A stretch of 64,000 nucleotides of DNA, taken from Novakomyces olei (lineage: Eukaryota). Below the pieces are notes generated by a model that ran no database searches, was not told where the DNA came from, and was given only the letters and a program-made list of their open reading frames with translations. Position 1 is the first letter of the stretch; each line of letters opens with the position of its first letter. The stretch lies in the NCBI GenBank assembly GCA_016906335.1, contig JADEYG010000015.1:186001-250000 (forward strand). The letters run 5' to 3'. Positions 1-10,781 of the stretch are shown piece after piece. Both the position numbers and the translations under genes were made by a program.

Positions 1-2567
1 TCCGATTGGCCATGGAGAGGGCTAACCAGGTAGCCCTGGACACGCTAAATGTTTTGCCTGCCCACGCAAGAACTGCCGAGGACCCTGTCCGGCATGCACG
101 GGATATGATCCGTTATCTGCAACAAAAACGGGAATTCGCCCGCATTGAATCCCAGTTTGGTGTTTCAATTTTTCCACCCCGCAAGGAGGCGCTTTGGAAT
201 GCAAATGCGGAGGAAATGGTGGTTGAAATTACTGGCGAGTCACGTGACGCAGTACAAAAAGCAAGGCAGGAGCTTATCAATAGCTTTAATTTGCTTTACC
301 CCCCGCGTTTCTCCTACACGCAAATTGATCCGCTCCTTCATCAGCACGTGATCGGAGCCAAAGGCCGATCGGTGCAGAAGATCCGTGACTTGTTTAAAGT
401 GGAGCTTTTATTTGCCGATGAGTCAGCTCAGGATCCGATTGTGGGATTGGTTTATGATGAATTGCCTTTGCCTTCGATCCAGCAAGTGCAGCAGACTCTG
501 GCTCTGGTGGATGAAGAGTTGCAGACAACAGCGAGCCATGCAGCGTCCCTCATCACTGAAGAATTGAGTGTTCCCAGCAAGTATCATCGGCATATAATTG
601 GCCCACAGGGCACTACATTGAACGCTATTATAGGCGACGCTAAAAGCAGTGTTCACGTTCGGCTCGGCCACTCAAGCAATGCTGCCGATGCCGATCGTAA
701 AGGGTCAGAAGACTCCGTTATTGTACGTGGCCAAAAGCCCGAAGTTGACCGGGTAATTAAGGAAATTCAGGCACTTGTCAAGGAGGCAGCCGAGCACGAT
801 TCCCTTCATGGACACGAGGCTTCTCACACTTTTGATACTAAATTTTCCAAAAACATTATCGGCCGCGGAGGAGCAAACATTGGCCGTATCCGTGAGGAAT
901 TTGGAGTACAAATTGACGTGGGCGATGGAGTGATAAAAGTCAAAGGAATCAAGAAAAACGTGGAGGCAGCCATAAAGCAGATAAAGGAGCAATTACGTCG
1001 ATTGGCAGACGATACGATTGAGCGGCTGAGCATCCCACATTCTTTCCATGCTGCTCTTATCGGACAAAACGGAAAATTTGTGCGAAAACTGGAGGACAAG
1101 TATGACGTAAGGATCCATTTTTTCAAAGAGCAGACTGCGGAAAGTGGTGAGCAGCCGGATTTCCCTGATCGTCCTACAAACCCGGACGACGTAATCATCC
1201 ACGGACCGAAAAAAGGAGTCGCTGCAGCAAAGGCAGAACTGGTGGATCTGTGGAAGTATGAACGTGAAAATAGCAATACAGTCACGGTATCCGTGCCTCA
1301 GAGTACAATCCCGTCAATCGTGGGACGTGGCGGGTCTGTTATTGAAACGATACGTCAGGATTACGGGGTTCAAGTTGACGTGGGTGATGCCGTAAAGAGC
1401 GGAGATGGTATTGGCAGCAATGACGAAAAAGCCAATGAGTCTATTGTCAACGTGACGCTTCGCGGTACAAAGCAAGGCGTAAGTGAAGCTAAAGCCGCCA
1501 TTGACCAAATTGCGGCACAGGCAGAACGCGTAAGAACGCGTACCGTGCCCATCCCTCATTCCTTCCACCGCAATCTTATCGGATCAAGGGGTGCTAATCT
1601 TCGGGATATCGTGATCAGTGCGGGCGGCCCGGAAGATCCGACCCTGATTCACAGGATCGTCCGGTTTCCTCCGAGCGGCAGTGAGAGCGATGACGTATTG
1701 TTACGCGGAGACGGAGAGCTGATTGATGCGATTGCGCAACAGTTTGAACGGCTGTACGCAGAGCACGAAAGCCGGGTCACGTGTAGTGTGAACATTCCGG
1801 TTTCGCGGTTCGGCGCTTTGATTGGTCGAGGCGGGTCTGGACTTCGGCAGCTGATGGACAAGTACAATGTTAGCATTGAAGTGCCGAGATCAGCAAGTAA
1901 TAAAAAGAGTGGGCCGGACGGTAATATTGAGGAGCCCGTTTTGGTAAAAGGTGCGCGGGAGGATTGTGAAGCTGCGTGTGCCGAGATTGCAAAGGTGGGC
2001 CGTGCGGGATCAGAAACGGTAATTACAATCCCACGCAACCGGCACCATGCCTTAACCGCGCGTATTAATCGAGACTTTAGGAATGACGTCAGAGTGGGCA
2101 TTGAAGGAGAGCCGCCAAAGAAGCCGGTGCTGCGTGAAGTGAGTGGGGCCCAGCAAGCAAATGGGGGCGGTGAAGCAGGCGAAATTGCCCCGTCCCGTAT
2201 TGACGAAAGCATTGATGATTCTTCCAGTGGCTGGCAGTTGAGTAAACTTGAATCGCCTGAAGAAGGCGATCTGGTCTGGACTCTGCGGGGCAATGATACT
2301 AGTGTGCAAAAGGCCAAAGATCTAATAAGCTCGTTGCTGCAGCAACCACAGGAGCCTGTTTACACCGGGTTTCTCTCTGTCCCGAGGGAAAAGCATCGTT
2401 ACGTCATTGGAACAGGCGGCAATTCGATCAAGTCTATAAGGCAGAAGACGGGCTGTGATATTAATGTGCCCAAGACTCCGGGCGACGATGTTATCGTGGT
2501 TACCGGTTCAAGGGAGGGAGTTGAAAAGGCACGTGACCTGATTATCGCTGCAGCTAGTCCTCCTTGA
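1..2567 (+). CDS. vgl1: Vigilin / Scp160-like multi-KH-domain RNA-binding protein (probably 5'-truncated by the window edge)
   Basis: 853-aa ORF with about 8 KH GxxG motifs (IGAKG, IGPQG, IGRGG, IGQNG, VGRGG, IGSRG, IGTGG); vigilins are ~1200 aa, so the gene likely starts upstream. Confidence 0.9.
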   Translation, partial: RLAMERANQVALDTLNVLPAHARTAEDPVRHARDMIRYLQQKREFARIESQFGVSIFPPRKEALWNANAEEMVVEITGESRDAVQKARQELINSFNLLYPPRFSYTQIDPLLHQHVIGAKGRSVQKIRDLFKVELLFADESAQDPIVGLVYDELPLPSIQQVQQTLALVDEELQTTASHAASLITEELSVPSKYHRHIIGPQGTTLNAIIGDAKSSVHVRLGHSSNAADADRKGSEDSVIVRGQKPEVDRVIKEIQALVKEAAEHDSLHGHEASHTFDTKFSKNIIGRGGANIGRIREEFGVQIDVGDGVIKVKGIKKNVEAAIKQIKEQLRRLADDTIERLSIPHSFHAALIGQNGKFVRKLEDKYDVRIHFFKEQTAESGEQPDFPDRPTNPDDVIIHGPKKGVAAAKAELVDLWKYERENSNTVTVSVPQSTIPSIVGRGGSVIETIRQDYGVQVDVGDAVKSGDGIGSNDEKANESIVNVTLRGTKQGVSEAKAAIDQIAAQAERVRTRTVPIPHSFHRNLIGSRGANLRDIVISAGGPEDPTLIHRIVRFPPSGSESDDVLLRGDGELIDAIAQQFERLYAEHESRVTCSVNIPVSRFGALIGRGGSGLRQLMDKYNVSIEVPRSASNKKSGPDGNIEEPVLVKGAREDCEAACAEIAKVGRAGSETVITIPRNRHHALTARINRDFRNDVRVGIEGEPPKKPVLREVSGAQQANGGGEAGEIAPSRIDESIDDSSSGWQLSKLESPEEGDLVWTLRGNDTSVQKAKDLISSLLQQPQEPVYTGFLSVPREKHRYVIGTGGNSIKSIRQKTGCDINVPKTPGDDVIVVTGSREGVEKARDLIIAAASPP

Positions 2568-3549
2568 GGGGTAATTTAAAATAAATACGAGACAAGACAA
2601 GAATTAAATAAAGGAAAAAGAAGGAAAGAAAAAGAAAGCAAAGCAGCAAAGGCCTCTGCTTAAAGTCATCGTTGGATGAGTAATCTTACGTCAGATCGAA
2701 AAAGTAATCAATATAAAAATTCTGCAGTCAAAGGAAAACTGCCTTTGAGTTTAGACTGAGTAATTGGAAAAATAATTTTTAAATAAAATACTCAAAACAA
2801 AAACGATGAATGAATAAATAAATAAATCGTGGAAAAAAATAGAGCAATGACCTGTTGGCTCTGTTTTTTTGAATAGAAAGAGTCTGTCTGGTACCGTCAT
2901 GGTCATTAAATACTGCGATTTTACACTCCTCAAATATCAAATATAATTTTTCAAGAAAAATGTCTCTTTTGAGACTTTGTTTAATCAAATAATTTAAAGC
3001 CTAAAAAATTTTAACAGTATCTGTAGTTGTATGCTAATAAAATCCTACTACTCTTCGCATTAGAATACCATTGATATATGGAAAAGCCAAAATTAGCCTT
3101 CAATTTATGGGCGCCAACCTTGTTTTAGCACGAGAAATCGAACTCGATCTCTAGGTGGATAAATGAATTAATATAGAATTGAACTGTACCAATAGTGGGA
3201 GATAAAAAATATTTAGAAAAATGCTAATTTAAAAACAATAAAAGAAAAATAATAATAGAAACGTAATAAAATGAAGAAAAAAGAAGAGGAAAAGAAAAAT
3301 CAACATGCATGTACACAAAAAAGACCCCAAATGCTGTAATTATAATGATGCTGGAAACAATGTGCATAATTAGTCAGTTACCCCTTCATTCCATAAACCT
3401 TTCCCAGAGACAAACAAATAATATTTAGCTTCAACAGTAAATAAGGCGAGTTTACACCAAACCAAATGCAATCCAGCGTGAACCCCGTTTTAAATATGTA
3501 AACATAAAATAAACTAAACTAAACTAAATTTAAAAAGATAACCCACGCC

Positions 3550-4611
3550 TTAGCGGGCGACTTCAATGAGTGTATGATTATCGCCAGAAGGTGCGGCCAG
3601 CCCGCATTCGCCAATTTCTGGTGCAGTATAAAGCCTCGACCAACCAGTAATCGTAATGTCAGATAGCGCAAGTTCGTCTTCACTCATTGTATCAGAGTTG
3701 TAAGGCAGTAAAGCCTTTGGCTCTACCGGCCAATTTTCGTTACGCGACGCGTGTAACCTTTCAATTGACGATTGGCACAAGTCACGGTAGACCCGATCTA
3801 GTGGGAGTCGGCACCCATTTCTGTCCACAACCGCATTCATGTACCATACGTGTTCCGGATGCCTTTGCAAGTAATCAATCAGTAATGCCGATGGGCCCCG
3901 TCCCGACTGCTGTGCGGGCGGGGCCCGATGTATTTTGCTGTGCTGAAAGCTCAGCGGCGGTAGCTTGAAAAGATCGGCCCGATCTCGGAATTGCCGAACC
4001 CGTTCGGCAAGTAGCACTTGGCCTGCATTTGCCGAGCCCGCTTGATCGGCATTAGCGGCGGGCGCTGAGAATGATGGCTCACGTGCTCTGGACTCGGCCC
4101 GTCCGCCGTGCAGACTGTCCGACGGTAATCCCGATCGGCCCGAAAAAGTTCGGCCCGGGCCGGAAGCGTTCGCACTCGAGTCGGCGCTGTGATTCGGCTG
4201 CAAACTTGTGCCCGTCAAATCTTCAGCAGCGGCGGCAAAAGAGTCTACGTGCATAGAATCCGTCCCGTCCTCATCTGCCTGGGCTCTGGCTTCGTCACGG
4301 GTAAAGGAAAGACGGAACCCGTAATCTTGTACGGTCCCGAGCTCCTCAATCTGGCTTATCAGATCTGAAAAAGAACGAGCACGAGAGTCACGGGGGTTTA
4401 GTATGGCAGTCGTGTCCTCCGATGCCTCCATTGCCTGTGGATCGGCGTCCTGTAAGAACGGTGCTTCAATCGGGTCGAAGACGCGATGAAAAGAAGCCGC
4501 CTCACCGCTTTCGTTGCTCGCCATTTCTGTAAAGGATTGCAAATTTAGCTGTGAAAGAAGCGACCGTGTCCCGTTTGTGTCGGGTGTCATGTGCCACCGC
4601 GACACGGGCAT
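3550..4611 (-). CDS. Hypothetical protein (353 aa, mostly low-complexity, possibly folded C-terminal region)
   Basis: Long GC-rich ORF with an ATG start between AT-rich spacers; no family recognised. Confidence 0.65.
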   Translation of the reverse strand: MPVSRWHMTPDTNGTRSLLSQLNLQSFTEMASNESGEAASFHRVFDPIEAPFLQDADPQAMEASEDTTAILNPRDSRARSFSDLISQIEELGTVQDYGFRLSFTRDEARAQADEDGTDSMHVDSFAAAAEDLTGTSLQPNHSADSSANASGPGRTFSGRSGLPSDSLHGGRAESRAREPSFSAPAANADQAGSANAGQVLLAERVRQFRDRADLFKLPPLSFQHSKIHRAPPAQQSGRGPSALLIDYLQRHPEHVWYMNAVVDRNGCRLPLDRVYRDLCQSSIERLHASRNENWPVEPKALLPYNSDTMSEDELALSDITITGWSRLYTAPEIGECGLAAPSGDNHTLIEVAR

Positions 4612-4986
4612 TGGATTCGCACTCGATTAATTATTTGTATTCACCAATTCTAATTTATGGATAATTAAAGCTTTATCTTGTTTTGCTGGCATTATAATTT
4701 CTGACAGAATCTGTGGGGTAAATTTTGGGTTACAAGTAATCACGGAGAATGGATAGGAGAATCTTTATATATATATTGATTTATATTTTTTTATTTTTAT
4801 ATATGAGCAACTTTAATCGATGGCTGTAATTAACTTGTTACTAGTTGATACTTTTGCGATAATTACCTATATACTATATACTTATTAATTATTAATTATT
4901 TATTATTTATTATTTTCAAATTTGAGTTTTCAATTTTATTCTACCAACGATGCCTTTTGTTTCCGATCTTTTATGGTTAAATACAG

Positions 4987-6357
4987 CTAAAATCGTACCG
5001 TAATATCACCAATAGTAGTGTACTTTACTCCACGGTAGGGTTTCGCATCCAGAGCGGTAGCAATCCTTAAATTCTCCACATGCAACCCAGAAGGCAGCTT
5101 GCCATTGGCCGTGAATTTGACCTTTAAATGCTCTAATTGCGGGTACTCCTTGGTTGTCTCTTCCATAGCGTCCGCGATATGCGTAGGCGGCGATTGCCGT
5201 AGGGAAACATTGCCCTTCAACACCACACTGCCACTGTCAAGATCCAATTTTCGTATACTCCAGTGCAGTACCCCGTACATGGTTTCGCTTTGCTCAAGGT
5301 TAAAGGAGCCCCCACTCTGGTACACGTCGACACTGGACACGGCCCGCGGAATCGGAATCGTAATCAGCACGTTATCAAGTCTCTGCCGTATATTGTCCAG
5401 TCGAACTTCGAATTGGCCTCTAGCCGATATATTTTGGCACTGGACACGTAGCGGAGGACTGTAGCCTTGAGGAAAACCGACCTGGTAGCTTGCCAGTTGA
5501 AAACGGCTATCGGGCGGAACAAAACTGAACGTGCCAGGTGAGGCCTTGAGCCGTGCTGCTCTTACACAAGGATGGCAGGCTAATCGAGATTTCAACTGAG
5601 CTGCAGGCTGCAAGCTCAGCGTCAGGTCAGGGACCCCCGACAACTGAGACAGGCAGTTCACGTTGCCCTTGGCAACTGCGTGCAGGGTTCGGCCTGCCTT
5701 GCAAACAGCAGAGACAGTCTCTACAACGTCCACGTAAAACTCGTTTGATCCATGCTTGACATTGGCCCGGCGCCAAGGAATTGTAGACAGTCTTCCACCG
5801 CCAGCATTGCCGGAATTACTAACAGTATTTCCTCTATTACTGCCCGCGTTTCCTGCAGCATTGTTGTAGTTGTGCGTGTTTATCAGATTATTATTTATAT
5901 TGATGCCGGTGGAATTGAGAAATTTGTCAATCAGCGTGGGCTGCAGCACAATATCCTGCAGCTCGTTTGGCTCTGTAGTCACCGTGTACCCGGCATCGAC
6001 CATTTCTGCCACCAATTGAGCGATTAAATGAGGCGAGGCCTCTATAGAGGAAGCTCGAGTTGCCGCTTGTTCGCCATAATAAGCGCGTAAAACATCAGTC
6101 AGTCTCTTGAGAAAATCTACCATGAAAAGCGGACTGGCTTCGTCGCACGTGGTGGCCACAAAAATCAGCTCGTGGAAGCGATAACGATATATGCGCGTTG
6201 TACCGTCCAACGAAACGACGGGTCGTGGTTGCTGCCGCTCGAATATTGACTCTACAGACTTTAAATGCGCCGCCGTGGGCCTTTTTCCGTTACATTCCTG
6301 TTGGAACAGGACACGGCCTTTCCCGTCGAGGATATACACCGCCTCGATACGGTCCAT
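4987..6357 (-). CDS. apm3: AP-3 adaptor complex mu subunit
   Basis: Longin-like N-terminus (IEAVYILD), IPWRRANVKHGSNEFYVDVVE, LSGVPDL, HPCV, FSFVPPD, SGLHVENL..PYRGVKY; ATG at 6357. Confidence 0.88.
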   Translation of the reverse strand: MDRIEAVYILDGKGRVLFQQECNGKRPTAAHLKSVESIFERQQPRPVVSLDGTTRIYRYRFHELIFVATTCDEASPLFMVDFLKRLTDVLRAYYGEQAATRASSIEASPHLIAQLVAEMVDAGYTVTTEPNELQDIVLQPTLIDKFLNSTGININNNLINTHNYNNAAGNAGSNRGNTVSNSGNAGGGRLSTIPWRRANVKHGSNEFYVDVVETVSAVCKAGRTLHAVAKGNVNCLSQLSGVPDLTLSLQPAAQLKSRLACHPCVRAARLKASPGTFSFVPPDSRFQLASYQVGFPQGYSPPLRVQCQNISARGQFEVRLDNIRQRLDNVLITIPIPRAVSSVDVYQSGGSFNLEQSETMYGVLHWSIRKLDLDSGSVVLKGNVSLRQSPPTHIADAMEETTKEYPQLEHLKVKFTANGKLPSGLHVENLRIATALDAKPYRGVKYTTIGDITVRF

Positions 6358-6479
6358 AAGCGCCGCCGCCGCCACAACATAGACAGGAAATTAGGGCAAA
6401 TTGGGGAAATTGAATGGTAATTTGTATTGCTAAATCCTTTTATTATATATCGCTCAATGTGAGCTGTGACGCACTGCTT

Positions 6480-6580
6480 CTATTACTATTATTACTATTA
6501 TTATTATTATTATTATTTTATTTTATTTTATTTTATTTTATTTTATTTTATTTTATTTTATTTTATTTTATTTTATTTAT
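6480..6580. repeat. (TTA)n/(TTTTA)n simple repeats in the divergent apm3-erg6 promoter
   Basis: Directly visible tandem TTA then TTTTA units. Confidence 0.9.
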
Positions 6581-6853
6581 TTTACTTGTTACTTTTCTTT
6601 TACTTGTTACTTTTCTTGAATATACTTATTGTTCGATATTCAGTATTTTATAATGCAATCCCAATGAGCCATATAAAAGTCTAGACTTTGTCTCCCATAC
6701 AATCGCAAGACATCAAGAAAACCCTGACACTGCCACTAAAATAGCAGACCACAATTCGGACAGAATCGCTGTAGACGCGTCGAGGCAAAGAAGAATCGCG
6801 CTGCGCTGAATATCAATCGTCATACATCCATTTCTTACTGACCAATTTGCGCC

Positions 6854-8251
6854 ATGTCAGTTATTACGGTGGATCATCAACGGTACGTTTAAATTCGGTC
6901 GAACGCTGATATACTTTTCATTTTCTGTCGAATAAACTTTGAAACTAACGCAGACAGCGATCAGGACTTTTCCAATGCTCTGCACGGTAAAAATGTGACA
7001 AAGCGCACTGGATTCCAAGCAATGTTGAAGAAAGACCGCAATGCTCAACGCGAACATTCAAAGCAATATTTTGATCTTTGGGAGAATGGCGATGGTACGT
7101 TGTGGGTATTTTCACCTATTAATTTTAGATACTGCTGCGTCCCAGGAGCGCGTCGACTTTTACAAGAAACTGACAAACTCTTATTATAACTTGGTATGAT
7201 TGTGCAGAATCGCTGGTTACATGATTTGTTTTTTTTAATATTTTGGTTTATCCCTTTTGATTGCTAAATGTTCATTCATTGTTCATTCATTGTGCTTTTT
7301 CAGTATAATCCTTATTTCTTTTCTTCCAACGTTTCGTACAGCCATCATTCTAATTCTGCTTAGGCTACCGATTTGTATGAGTACGGCTGGGGCCAATCAT
7401 TCCATTTCTGCCGATATTACGCCGGCGAAGGCTTTTACCAGGCGCTCGCTCGTCATGAGCATTACTTGGCCCTGCGTATGAACATCCCACCTGGAGCACG
7501 AGTTCTCGATGTCGGCTGTGGTGTTGGCGGCCCTGCTCGGGAAATTGGTCAGTTCACTGGTGCCAGGATCACCGGAATCAACAACAACGACTATCAAATT
7601 GAGCGCGCTCGGCATTATACGGAGAAACGCAATCTCTCCAACTCGATTGATTATGTAAAAGGTGACTTTATGCATCTGCCCTTTGAAGATAATACGTTTG
7701 ATATGGTTTATGCCATTGAGGCTACAGTACATGCTCCAAATTTGGAAGCCGTTTACAAGGAAATTTCTCGGGTGCTCAAGCCAGGAGGCACTTTTGGTAT
7801 GTACGAATGGGTAATGACTGAAAAGTACGATAATTCCAATGCCGCACATCGCGAAATTAAGCGCAAGATCGAGATTGGTGATGGAATTGCCGAAATGCAA
7901 CCTATTTCTGTTGCCAATGATGCTCTCAAGGCTGCTGGATTCGATATCCAGTATGCTGAGGATTTGGCAGAGACGGATACCTCTGATTTTCCTTGGTATT
8001 ATCCCATTGAAGGCGATTTACGCAACTGCCAGACACTGTGGGACATGTTCACCTGCTTTAGAATGACAAAACTGGGCAGATTTTTCACTCAGTCTTCCAT
8101 TGGCATGCTGGAAAAAATTGGCCTCGCTGGCGAGGGAACAAAAAAGGTCGGCCAGAGTTTGGCCGATGCTGCAGACGCGCTTGTTGCTGGCGGCAAGCAA
8201 AAACTGTTCACGCCTATGTACATGGTCATCTCCAAGAAGCCAGTTGCATAG
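6854..8251 (+). CDS. erg6: Sterol 24-C-methyltransferase; exons 6854-6882, 6958-7094, 7129-7193, 7364-8251
   Basis: YYNLATDLYEYGWGQSFHF, VLDVGCGVGGP, YAIEATVHAP, LKPGG and GGKQKLFTPMY motifs; GT-AG introns give an open spliced frame. Confidence 0.95.
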
Positions 8252-8878
8252 TTTGGGTATTAATGCGTTAAAGCTAATTTATAATAGAAGCGCGGGTTTG
8301 AAAGATACAGGCGGCATAATCTTCGTTTAATAAACCCTGTTGTCCGACGTTTGAACAAATAAATAATATCATAATTACTATAATTATATATATTTCGTGT
8401 GCAGAGTTGTCGTAAAATTAAAGTGGGGGCGATATACAATATTTGCTATAGATAAAGATCATATAGATAAATACTAAATAGATAAATTATTATACAGAAA
8501 AAATATTATCTGAAGAAAATAATAAATGTAAAATGCACATATTTAGAGAATTAATTATAAAAAATTGGTTATTGCTATTGTGAACGAGAATTCCACATAG
8601 ATCAATCTGAAAATTAGCGTAATTTTTTATCTTAATATTTATTGTAATATTTATCATAATTTTTAAACACAAAGCATTGGCTGTCAAAGTCGCCGACAAG
8701 GGCAGATTTGATCGTGGCGGAGCGCCTCACGTGAACCGGGCGCTCATTGTTGTTCTTTGGCTGATCAATTTGTCCTCCTGGCTTAAAAGCTCTACGATCT
8801 AGCCATTCTTCTTCAATTTTTTTAACGGGTTAAAACGTCACACAGGGCACAGCTTGCTTACAGCAACACTCATTCAGA

Positions 8879-10500
8879 ATGTCGGCAAACTCTATAAAGA
8901 TCTTTACAGGTAAATTTTTGTTCTTGCTGCACCTCAGCTGACAAGTGTCTCAGGCAACAGCCATCCGAAACTAGCGGAAATGGTCGCAAAACGGTAAATA
9001 CTAAAAGCTTTCCTTTCCGTATTTGTGGAAGCTGAGGTTAACCCGTTCCAGGATTGGTTTAGAGATATCAAAGGTTTCCGTGATGAAGTTTTCCAATCAG
9101 GAAACATCGATAACTATCGGAGAGTCTGTCCGCGACGAAGATGTCTTTATTATTCAGACTGGATGCGGTTCCATAAACGATCATTTGATGGAACTGCTAA
9201 TTATGATTAACGCTTGTAAAACTGCCAGCGCTCGAAGGGTACGCAATTGGGTCTTGAAGTCGGCTACCTCAACACCCGTTTTATCAGTCGTGGATGCTAC
9301 TATTTTATTTTGTTTTTTTTAGACTGTTTATTTCGTCGGTCGTTGGGTCACTTTATTTCCTATAGTGTCCTATTTTTTTCATCTTTGTTATTTATTTTGT
9401 ATTTTACTCATTATCATGATGTTGCTAACTGTATAGATAACCGCAGTTATACCCTGCTTTCCCTACGCCCGACAAGACAAAAAGGACAAATCCCGTGCTC
9501 CTATAACCGCCCGTCTTGTGGCAAATATGTTACAAACAGCTGGATGTGATCATGTTATTGTATGGCTCAATACAAGCATTGGAATTTTTTATTTTTATTC
9601 TTTTTCATTTTATTTTTATTTTTTATTTTTTATTTTATTGTTTATTTCGGTGTTCAGGCAATTCGTTTCTTGATCTGCTTTTTCCATAATCAATTGAGGC
9701 TTTGTTAAGCTATATTGCCCTAATTCAATCTTTTTTGGCTCTTTTTTTGCTATGATTAATTTTGGCTAATATCATTTCTCTTCTCTTACTAACAATTTTT
9801 AGACTATGGATCTCCATGCTAGTCAAATTCAAGGTTTCTTCAATGTACCCGTGGATAATCTGTATGCTGAGCCTACAATGCTTCAATATATCAGGGAAAA
9901 CTTTAAATTAGAAGGTCGTGGTGCTGTTATTGTTTCTCCCGATGCCGGTGGTGCTAAACGGTATGGCTTTTCATATACTTCCAACTAGATAATTTTTTAT
10001 TAATAGACTTTTTTTTTGTGTTTAATTTGATTTTACAATTATATTCTATCCTTTCAATTATATTAATTTTCAGAGCTACAGCAATCGCGGATCGGTGTGA
10101 CCTTGATTTTGCACTTATTCACAAAGAACGACAGAAAGCAAATGAGGTCTCCCGTATGGTACTGGTGGGCGATGTACGCGGCAAAATTGCACTTTTAGTA
10201 GACGATATGGCGGATACTTGCGGTACGTTAGGTCTTGCGGCAAAGACGTTAAAACAGAATGGGGCTGCTAAAGTAGTTGCTATTGTGACTCACGGAATTC
10301 TTTCCGGGAAGGCTATAGATGTCCTCAATAACTCTGACTTGGAGCAAGTTGTTGTTACAAATACCGTCCCACATGAGGACAAGAAGGCTCTTTGTAAAAA
10401 GATTGAAACTCTCGATATTTCGCCTGTACTGGCTGAATGTATCCGAAGAATACATCACGGCGAAAGTGTTTCTGTCTTGTTTAGTCACGCGCCTTCATAA
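8879..10500 (+). CDS. prs: Ribose-phosphate pyrophosphokinase (PRS2/PRS4-like); exons 8879-8909, 8954-8993, 9052-9238, 9437-9559, 9803-9960, 10074-10500
   Basis: Spliced product [19 protein letters not shown]...[17 protein letters not shown]...[12 protein letters not shown]...[10 protein letters not shown]...[10 protein letters not shown]. Confidence 0.95.
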
Positions 10501-10781
10501 CCTTTCGCCTCCCTTCTTTTGGAAGGATCATGTTATTTTCCCACTTTAGAATTTGATGTTTTAGTGTCAGAAAGTTTTATAAATAAATAACATTATTAGC
10601 TAATGCTGTCTCTAGATTCTCATAGGTTTAAACACAAATTAATGTGACGACCGTATATTACATCACGCATAAGACTGTTAATGAATTCGAACACTTCCTG
10701 CAAAATAGGTGTCATATTTTCAAGTGAATATATTCTAACTTTCGCCGGGGATATTATTTTATTTCAACGCTTATCTTGAAT

